NCBI GenBank assembly: GCA_963827865.1
Contig: CAWHCO010000006.1
Coordinates: forward strand, 196,579 to 260,578
Origin: an uncultured bacterium
GTDB taxonomy: Bacteria > Actinomycetota > Acidimicrobiia > Spongiisociales > UBA4744
DNA length: 64,000 nt
Direction of reading: 5' to 3'
How positions within the stretch are numbered: position 1 is the first letter of the stretch; every line of letters starts with the position of its first letter. Shown in pieces: positions 51,556-57,885 of the stretch. The translations under genes were made by a program, and so were the position numbers. The notes under the pieces were generated by a model. The model saw only the letters and a list, made by a program, of their open reading frames with translations. It made no database searches and was not told the DNA's origin.

Positions 51556-52124
51556 TGCGGCCGGCGCTCGCGTTGCTCGAGTTCGACTCGATCGCCCGTG
51601 GAATCGAGGCAGGCGACCAGATGGTCAAGCGTGCGCCCGTCGAAGTGCTCCGCGCAGGAACGGTCCAGCCCGGCAAGTACCTCGTGCTGATCGCCGGCGA
51701 GGTCGGCGACGTCGAGGAGGCTGTCGACGCAGGCAAGGCGATCGCCACGCTGATCGATCTGGTCCTGCTCCCGGATATCCATCCGGATGTGACCGCCGCC
51801 GTCCGAGGTGCTCGCAGGGCGGGTGAGGGCGAGGCGCTGGGGGTCATCGAGACTCGGACCGTCGCCGCCGTCATCCAGGCAGCCGACGCGGGCGTCAAGG
51901 GAGCGAAGGTGACGCTCCAGGAGATCCGCCTCGCCGACGGCCTCGGCGGCAAGGGCTACCTGCTGTTCCAAGGTCCCGTGGCCGAGGTGGAGGCCGCAGT
52001 CGAGATCGGCTCGGCGAGCGTTCCGGAGCGGGTGATCTCCGTGGTCATCCCGCAGCTCCACCCGGAGATGGGCGACAACCTGTCGGCCGACGGGCGGTTC
52101 TCCGAACGGGTCGGCGAGGAGTAG
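51552..52124 (+). CDS. BMC-T shell protein, tandem canonical BMC domains (PduT-like)
   Basis: ORF 51552..52124. Domain 1 is ALALLEFDSIARGIEAGDQMVKRAPVEVL..GKYLVLIAGEVGDVEEAVDAG. Domain 2 is ALGVIETRTVAAVIQAADAGVKGAKVTLQEIRLADGLGGKGYLLFQGPVAEVEAAVEIG. Confidence 0.9.
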   Translation: MMRPALALLEFDSIARGIEAGDQMVKRAPVEVLRAGTVQPGKYLVLIAGEVGDVEEAVDAGKAIATLIDLVLLPDIHPDVTAAVRGARRAGEGEALGVIETRTVAAVIQAADAGVKGAKVTLQEIRLADGLGGKGYLLFQGPVAEVEAAVEIGSASVPERVISVVIPQLHPEMGDNLSADGRFSERVGEE

Positions 52125-52126
52125 CG

Positions 52127-52393
52127 GTGCAACTCGGGCGTGTCGTCGGAACGGTCGTGGCCACGGTCAAGACGCCAGGGCTGGAAGGCGTCAAGTTCCT
52201 CATCGTCCAGCCACTGGACCGCCGCCAAGAGCCGAACGGGAGGCCGGTGGTCGCCGCAGACGGGGTGCACATGGCCGGACCGGGCGAACTCGTGTACATC
52301 GTCGGGTCCCGAGAGGCCGCCCAGGCACTGCCGAACACGTTCGTACCCGTGGACCATGCGATCGTCGGGATCGTCGACCAGGTGAGCTCGTGA
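52127..52393 (+). CDS. BMC-P vertex protein (EutN/CcmL family), copy 2
   Basis: ORF 52127..52393. MQLGRVVGTVVATVKTPGLEGVKFLIVQPLD..VVAADGVHMAGPGELVYIVGSREA..HAIVGIVD. Confidence 0.9.
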   Translation: MQLGRVVGTVVATVKTPGLEGVKFLIVQPLDRRQEPNGRPVVAADGVHMAGPGELVYIVGSREAAQALPNTFVPVDHAIVGIVDQVSS

Positions 52394-52662
52394 AGGTCGG
52401 GACCGTGGTCGGTACGGTCGTCTCGACGATCAGCTCGCCGGTGTTCGACGGCCGGAAGCTGCTCCTCTGTGACCTCCTCGACGCGGATGGCAACCCGGAA
52501 GGCGGGTACCTGATCGCCGTGGATGTCGTCGATGCAGGCGTCGGGGAGAAAGTACTCATCCTCGACGAAGGCAATTCCGCACGCCAGATCGTCGGTTTGG
52601 ACACGGCCCCGATCAGGGCCGTCGTGGTGGGAATCGTTGACGAGACAACGATGGACAGCTGA
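52390..52662 (+). CDS. BMC-P vertex protein (EutN/CcmL family), copy 3
   Basis: ORF 52390..52662 (GTGA overlap). MKVGTVVGTVVSTISSPVFDGRKLLLCDLLD..LIAVDVVDAGVGEKVLILDEGNSARQ..RAVVVGIVD. Confidence 0.9.
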   Translation: MKVGTVVGTVVSTISSPVFDGRKLLLCDLLDADGNPEGGYLIAVDVVDAGVGEKVLILDEGNSARQIVGLDTAPIRAVVVGIVDETTMDS

Positions 52663-52996
52663 CAAGCGACAGCCGACAGCTGACAGCTAACAGCCAACGG
52701 CCAACAGCCTCTGGCACCTCCCCAGTCGGGTCCTTGCTGTTCGCCGTGAGCCGTCCCCCCCAGCGTTGAGCGTTGGGCTTGTTGGTCCCCCCCAGGAGCC
52801 CGGGGGGCGACGTTGGGGGAAAGTACGCATAAGCCGTCTGGGGTAGGGGGGCGGTGCGCGGGCTCTGTTGGTGGGAACGGACCCATCCGTCCTCGGCTTT
52901 CAGCCGAGTCCACCTCCCCCAACACTCGCTTCGCTCGCGGGGGAGGAGACAGATCCGCACCCCCCAACACTCGGCCTTCGGCCCAGGGGAGGAAAC
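52654..52996. repeat. heptad array + P/reverse-Q composite (right copy of the bracketing pair) + extra Q fragment
   Basis: Eight heptads GACAGCT GACAAGC GACAGCC GACAGCT GACAGCT AACAGCC AACGGCC AACAGCC at 52654-52709, starting in the last codons of the BMC-P gene. P fragment at 52751-52780. P at 52781-52851 and reverse Q at 52867-52950, about 90 percent identical by eye to 46398-46567. Fragment ...CCCCCAACACTCGGCCTTCGGCCCAGGGGAGGAAAC ends at 52996. Confidence 0.85.
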
Positions 52997-53028
52997 GCGA
53001 GCTCAGGTCTTGACAAAGCGACACCAAC

Positions 53029-53071
53029 ATGACATCATCATGACATCACAAGGAGGAAGGTAATGATGTCA
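53029..53071. promoter_or_regulatory. cluster of TGACATCA motifs (two direct, one inverted) in an AT-richer patch with a TTGACA hexamer
   Basis: TTGACA at 53010-53015. ATGACATCA at 53029-53037 and 53040-53048 (11-bp spacing). Inverted TGATGTCA at 53064-53071, overlapping the small-ORF start. Related GTGACGTCAC palindrome at 53236-53245 and GTGACATCG at 53248-53256, just before the MFS start codon. Confidence 0.35.
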
Positions 53072-53212
53072 ATGGCGGAGAGCTACTCGAGGGCGATGAA
53101 GGCGGAGATCGAGCGCAAGGTGGCGGCACAGGTCGTGATCGACTACGTTCCTGGTACTCATCGTCGTGATGAGCGCAAGGTCAAGACGGCTGGAGGACGC
53201 CGCGCAGCATGA
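53063..53212 (+). CDS. candidate 49-aa ORF upstream of the MFS gene (too short for the ORF track)
   Basis: My translation gives MMSMAESYSRAMKAEIERKVAAQVVIDYVPGTHRRDERKVKTAGGRRAA, stop TGA 53210-53212. It is preceded by AAGGAGGAAGG at 53050-53060, one of the clearest Shine-Dalgarno sequences I saw in the window. Confidence 0.4.
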   Translation: MMSMAESYSRAMKAEIERKVAAQVVIDYVPGTHRRDERKVKTAGGRRAA

Positions 53213-53258
53213 CACGGGACGAGCAGAACACGCTCAGTGACGTCACAGTGACATCGCG

Positions 53259-54551
53259 ATGAAGACATTCTTCGTCGTGTGGATCGGACAGCTGGTATCG
53301 ATCGTCGGATCGAGTCTGACCGGGTTTGCCCTCTCGATCTGGGTCTATCAGCAGTCGGGTTCGGTGACGTTGCTCGCCCTCGTGATGCTGGCGGCCACGG
53401 TTCCCGGCATCATCGTCGCCCCGTTCGCGGGTGCGCTCGTCGACCGGTGGGATCGGCGTCTGACGATGATGGGTGGCGACGGTGCGGCGGGCATCGCAAC
53501 CGGTGTCGTCGCTCTTCTGCTCTTCCTGGGTGACCTCCACCTGGCATGGGTGTTCGTGCTGGTCATCGTTGGCTCCATCGGCAACTCGTTCCAGGAGCCG
53601 GCGTGGACGGCGTCGATCCCGATGCTCGTTCCGAAACAGCACCTCGGCCGTGCCAACGGGCTCGCGCAGACGGGCCAGGCCGTGGGGCAGCTCTTGGCCC
53701 CGGCGATCGCCGGGGCCCTGCTGACGCTCTTCGGGCTCAAGGCAGTTCTGCTGATCGACTTCGTCACGTTCCTGTTCGCAGTATCCACCGTCGCGCTCGT
53801 TCGCATCCCCAGTCCGAAACGCTCGACCGCCGTCGAGTCGCTGAGGACGGAAGCCGGCGACGGCTGGCGTTTCGTGAAGGAACGTCCTGGGCTGTTGGGA
53901 CTTCTCGTTGTCATGGCAACTCTCAACTTCGAGTTCGGCTTTGCCAACGTCCTGTTCATCCCTCTGTTCCTCAGCTTCACGAACGAGCTCGTGTTCGGGT
54001 CGGTGATGTCGATCGCGGGCATGGGCATGCTCGTCGGTACCGTCGTCATGAGCACGTGGGGTGGCCCAAAGAAGCGGGTCCGAGGACTGGCGTCACTGCT
54101 CTCGGTCGCGGGCCTGGCGACGTGCGTCGTCGGGTTGCGCCCGGCCGTCGTGCCTGCGGCCGCGGGGATGTTCGCACTCATGCTCCTGATCCCTATCGTC
54201 AACGGCACGAGCACGACGCTGTGGCAGATGAAGGTCGATCTCGATATGCAGGGACGGGTGTTCGCATTGCGCCGGATGATGGCGCTGATCGCAACCCCCC
54301 TCTCCTACCTCCTGGCCGGACCCTTGGCGGACAAGGTGTTCGAGCCACTGATGAGCGGTCCGCTGGTGGACACCGTCGGCAAGGTGATCGGGGTCGGGGA
54401 GGGTCGCGGTATCGGGCTGCTGTTCATCGTGATGGGTCTACTGCTCGTGCTGACGATGGCGTTTGCCTACGCCATGCCTCGAATTCGTCATCTGGAAGTC
54501 GAGCTGCCCGACGTAGTTACCGAGGCTATCCCCGAAGCGACCACGTCGTGA
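53259..54551 (+). CDS. MFS transporter (MFS_3 / enterobactin-macrolide exporter-like)
   Basis: ORF 53259..54551. MKTFFVVWIGQLVSIVGSSLTGFALSIWVYQQSGS, FAGALVDRWDRR, 12 hydrophobic segments. Confidence 0.85.
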   Translation: MKTFFVVWIGQLVSIVGSSLTGFALSIWVYQQSGSVTLLALVMLAATVPGIIVAPFAGALVDRWDRRLTMMGGDGAAGIATGVVALLLFLGDLHLAWVFVLVIVGSIGNSFQEPAWTASIPMLVPKQHLGRANGLAQTGQAVGQLLAPAIAGALLTLFGLKAVLLIDFVTFLFAVSTVALVRIPSPKRSTAVESLRTEAGDGWRFVKERPGLLGLLVVMATLNFEFGFANVLFIPLFLSFTNELVFGSVMSIAGMGMLVGTVVMSTWGGPKKRVRGLASLLSVAGLATCVVGLRPAVVPAAAGMFALMLLIPIVNGTSTTLWQMKVDLDMQGRVFALRRMMALIATPLSYLLAGPLADKVFEPLMSGPLVDTVGKVIGVGEGRGIGLLFIVMGLLLVLTMAFAYAMPRIRHLEVELPDVVTEAIPEATTS

Positions 54552-55449
54552 CTGCAGATCCGCCGAGCAGCACCACACCGATGAACGCCAAGAGCGCCTG
54601 ATCTCCTCCGCAGCGACTCTCGCTGCACAGCAAACCGTCACTCTCCCAACTGCCGATGAGCGATGCCAGCGTGCTCGCCGGTTGCTCGGCCGACACGGTT
54701 GTCGTCGTTGTCGTGGGGAACGCCGCGGCCGATGCCGTCGTCGACGTCGTAGTCGTCGAAGCGGTTGTTGTGACAGGTCCGGTCGTCTCGGTCGTTGACG
54801 TGCTCGTGGTCGGTGTACCCGTCGTGGTTGGCGCCTGGGTCGGAGTGGTCGTGGGTGGTGGTGGGGCTGTCGTGGTCGACGTAGAGGTTGTTGTCGTCGG
54901 GTGCGTGGTCGTTGTCGTCGGTGGGGGAGCGGTGGTCGTGGTCGGTGGTGGGGCCGTGGTGGTCGTGGTGGTGGCTGGAGCGTTCTGTCTCTGGAGGAAG
55001 ACGTCGGTGGTCCATATCACCGAGTTCTCGTCTATGTAGACGCCGATCCCCGCGTACTGATATACCGGATCCAGGAGGTTCTCACGGTGCGAGGACGACG
55101 CCCAGAATGCGTCGAACAGCGCATCACACGAGCCTCCGACACCGACGTTCTCGCCCCACTGCATCCAATCATCGGGGAGGTAGGGCGCGAGGTCGTCCGT
55201 CGACGAGTGATAGATGCTGCCGTGCTCGTGCATCGCCTTCGAGTGGGTGCGAGCGTACTCGGTGAGTGTCGAGTTCGTGGTGAGTGTCGGTGTCCTGTTT
55301 GCCACTCGTGCGGCGTTGATCTTGGCAAGAAAGCACGTCTCGGCATCAGAGGTCGCATCGGCCAGCGCGGGCTGCGCAACCAAGATGGTTGCGGCCATGG
55401 CCCATACGAAGATCAACCCAATTGCTCGGGTTCGGTGCCTAGTGTTCAC
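54526..55449 (-). CDS. CAP/SCP-domain exported protein with a long Thr/Pro linker and a C-terminal membrane anchor
   Basis: ORF 54526..55449. Signal IGLIFVWAMAATILVAQPALA. CAP-like HSKAMHEHGSIYHS..WGENVG..HRENLLDPVYQYAGIGV. About 110 aa of T/P-rich sequence. C-terminal LLAFIGVVLLGGSAV. The 3' end overlaps the MFS gene by 26 nt. Confidence 0.7.
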   Translation of the reverse strand: MNTRHRTRAIGLIFVWAMAATILVAQPALADATSDAETCFLAKINAARVANRTPTLTTNSTLTEYARTHSKAMHEHGSIYHSSTDDLAPYLPDDWMQWGENVGVGGSCDALFDAFWASSSHRENLLDPVYQYAGIGVYIDENSVIWTTDVFLQRQNAPATTTTTTAPPPTTTTAPPPTTTTTHPTTTTSTSTTTAPPPPTTTPTQAPTTTGTPTTSTSTTETTGPVTTTASTTTTSTTASAAAFPTTTTTTVSAEQPASTLASLIGSWESDGLLCSESRCGGDQALLAFIGVVLLGGSAVTTWSLRG

Positions 55450-55491
55450 TCTCTGTGTATCGGCTGACCACTCAGAGTGCTTGAACGAATG

Positions 55492-56388
55492 TCAGCCCTC
55501 GATCGCGTTGATGACGAGCGCACCTGAGATCGCGGGGTCGGCGATCCCGAGATGGTTCACGCCGGGAAGCATCGTCAGGTGGCTGTCGTACCCGGCGTCC
55601 TCGAGTTGCTGTTCGAAGTAATGGGAGAACAACGGCGGAACCACCAGGTCCTCCTCGCCATGGAACAGTCGCACGACGAGATCCAGGTTCCGCCCAAGGT
55701 AGGTCAGAGGATTACCCAGCCGCCAGGGCTCGGGATCGACATCCGGATCGGTTCCGAAGAACGGGATCATCAGCGGACCGAGAGCATCGGTGTCGTACGG
55801 TCCCGCGAGCCCCACCATCCTCGTCGGTAGCGTGTCGTTCATCTCGACGAGACAGTCACCGTCGAAGGTATCGGCGGCGAGCGCGACGAGGGCGGCGATC
55901 TGGGCTCCTGCCGAGTAGCCGACGACGACGAGCTGCGAAGGGTCACCCCCGTACTCGGCGCTGTGAGCAGCGGCGAAGCGCACCGCACACGCGGCGTCCT
56001 CGAAGGTCATCGGAAACCCGCCACCGTCCAGCAGGAGGCGGTACGGCGCGTTGAACACGACGGTACCCGAGTCGGCGATCGTTCTGGCGAGTGGAGCGAT
56101 GTCATCCGGGGTGCCGCTGATCCACCCGCCCCCGTGGAACAGGACGACGGTCGGGCCCGTCGATCCGTACACGTCGAGACTCAGGGTCGAGGTGAACGCA
56201 ACGTGACGGGCGGCGGCGATCGTGGTCGTTGTCGGCGGTGCCGTCGTGGTAGTCGTGGGTGGCACCGTTGTGGTGGTCGTGGTCGTTGGCACGGTGGTGG
56301 TGGTCGTGGTCGTCGTCGTTGCGGTCGGGGGCAACGCGGTGGTGCATGCTGCGACCGCCAAGGTGGCGAGGAGCGCGAGTCGTTTCAC
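55492..56388 (-). CDS. alpha/beta-hydrolase lipoprotein (esterase/lipase type)
   Basis: In frame with ORF 55492..56553. GTG 56388 gives VKRLALLATLAVAAC (lipobox). A poly-Thr linker follows, then LFHGGGWISG (oxyanion hole) and VGYSAGAQIA (nucleophile elbow). Confidence 0.8.
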   Translation of the reverse strand: MKRLALLATLAVAACTTALPPTATTTTTTTTTVPTTTTTTTVPPTTTTTAPPTTTTIAAARHVAFTSTLSLDVYGSTGPTVVLFHGGGWISGTPDDIAPLARTIADSGTVVFNAPYRLLLDGGGFPMTFEDAACAVRFAAAHSAEYGGDPSQLVVVGYSAGAQIAALVALAADTFDGDCLVEMNDTLPTRMVGLAGPYDTDALGPLMIPFFGTDPDVDPEPWRLGNPLTYLGRNLDLVVRLFHGEEDLVVPPLFSHYFEQQLEDAGYDSHLTMLPGVNHLGIADPAISGALVINAIEG

Positions 56389-56558
56389 AGGTGAGCTTCG
56401 CTTTGGTCTCTTCGGAGAACGCCCCGGAGAGAAGTCCGCACTCGGCCTCGCGCCACTCGAATGCGATCGCCGATGCCACCACCGAACGTTCCGGCTCGTG
56501 GGCCATCTGTTGGCAGTGGGCATACCCATGATGCTAGGGGGACCCCGACTCAAGCCGG

Positions 56559-57233
56559 TTGCGACGGTACGCTCGGTTCGTGCGCGAGATCGTGATCGAG
56601 TGCGGAGACGACCGAACAGTGACGGGACGTCTCCTGGAAGGCGATCGTCTTCCGGCGGTGTTGCTGGCGCATGGAGCCGGGGCCGGACAGGATCACCCGC
56701 TGGTCGCCCTCCTCAGAGACGGATTGGCCTCGCACGGCTACCCCGTGGTGACCTTCGAGTACTCCTACATGGCGGAAGGCCGCGGGAGGCCCGATCGCAC
56801 GCCAGTGCTGATGTCCGTCCATCATGCCGCCCTCGACTGGGTTCGAACGCACCTCACCGAGCGCGTGATCCTCGCAGGCAGGTCGATGGGTGGTCGAATC
56901 GCGAGCATGCTCGCAACCGAAGGTGTCCCGGTGGAAGGGTTGGTCTGCTACTCGTACCCGTTGCATGCGCCGGGACGGTACGACAAGCTCCGTGCCGAGC
57001 ACTTGTGGCGTGTCCAGGTGCCGATGTTGTTCTTCGTCGGTGGACGAGACGGGTTCGCCAGAAAGGACCTGGTCGACGCCTACCTTCGACCCCTTCCCGG
57101 AGCGACGGTGGAGATCATCGACGGTGCCGATCACTCGCTCAAGATGCTCAAACGATCGGGTGTGACCACCGAACAGGTCATCGAACGGATCGTCGAGACG
57201 AGCGTCGAGTGGATCGGGGGCCTGGGCGAGTGA
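56559..57233 (+). CDS. alpha/beta-hydrolase family protein (small dienelactone-hydrolase/TEX30-like)
   Basis: ORF 56559..57233 (TTG 56559 or GTG 56580). VLLAHGAGAGQDHP, LAGRSMGGRIAS, PMLFFVGGRDGF, GADHSL. Confidence 0.75.
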   Translation: MRRYARFVREIVIECGDDRTVTGRLLEGDRLPAVLLAHGAGAGQDHPLVALLRDGLASHGYPVVTFEYSYMAEGRGRPDRTPVLMSVHHAALDWVRTHLTERVILAGRSMGGRIASMLATEGVPVEGLVCYSYPLHAPGRYDKLRAEHLWRVQVPMLFFVGGRDGFARKDLVDAYLRPLPGATVEIIDGADHSLKMLKRSGVTTEQVIERIVETSVEWIGGLGE

Positions 57234-57244
57234 GGCGAGCGAGG

Positions 57245-57393
57245 CTCGCTTCGCTCGCGGGGGAGGAAACGGGTGGCGACTTTGCTCGCCGTACTCGGTT
57301 CTCGGTTGTCGGTTCTCGGTAGGACACTCGCCCCATAGTCGTTGAACGCGTCCAGGCCGCGTTCCGACTGAAGACTGAAGACTGAAGACTGTC
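57245..57393. repeat. Q fragment + two heptad arrays between convergent genes
   Basis: CTCGCTTCGCTCGCGGGGGAGGAAAC at 57245-57270. CGGTTCT/CGGTTGT/CGGTTCT/CGGTAGG at 57296-57323. GACTGAA x3 + GACTGTC at 57366-57393. Confidence 0.8.
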
Positions 57394-57395
57394 TC

Positions 57396-57842
57396 CTAGA
57401 ACTCTTCTTCCAGCGCTTTGATCTTGTTCACTCGCCGGACGTGACGCTCGGCTCTCGAGAACGTGGCGTTCACGAACGCCGCGACGATCTCGTCGGCGAG
57501 CGCAGTGCCCACGACCCTGCTTCCTATCGCCAGGACGTTCACGTCGTCATGTTCGACGCACTGATGGGCCGTGTAGGTGTCGTGCGCAAGGCCGGCTCGG
57601 ATGCCTCGCAGCTTGTTCGCCGCGATCGACGCACCCGCTCCGGATCCGCAGACGACGATGCCCCGTTCCGCAGTTCCGTCCAACACCGCCCTTCCGACTG
57701 CCGCTGCGAAGTCCGGGTAGTCGACGGGCTCCTCCGAGTAGGTGCCGACATCGATGATCTCGTGACCGGCTGCTGCCACGCGGCGGGCGATGTGCTGTTT
57801 GAGCTGGTAGCCGGCGTGATCCGAACCCACGACGATGCGCAT
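57396..57842 (-). CDS. rpiB: ribose-5-phosphate isomerase B (housekeeping-type, no extension)
   Basis: In frame with ORF 57396..58034. ATG 57842 gives MRIVVGSDHAGYQLKQHI. Also seen: GIVVCGSGAGASIAANK (Cys at the E. coli-type catalytic position), HDDVNVLAIG, RHVRRVNKI. Confidence 0.9.
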   Translation of the reverse strand: MRIVVGSDHAGYQLKQHIARRVAAAGHEIIDVGTYSEEPVDYPDFAAAVGRAVLDGTAERGIVVCGSGAGASIAANKLRGIRAGLAHDTYTAHQCVEHDDVNVLAIGSRVVGTALADEIVAAFVNATFSRAERHVRRVNKIKALEEEF

Positions 57843-57885
57843 TGATGCCTCTCTTTGGGGGACAGGGTACTCGTACAATGCCAGG

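Noticed and set aside
54656-55039. 127-aa plus-strand ORF made of poly-Val/Gly opposite the CAP-domain gene
   Set aside because: It is the antisense reading of the Thr/Pro linker (ACC/ACG repeats read as GGT/CGT/GTG) and not a plausible protein.
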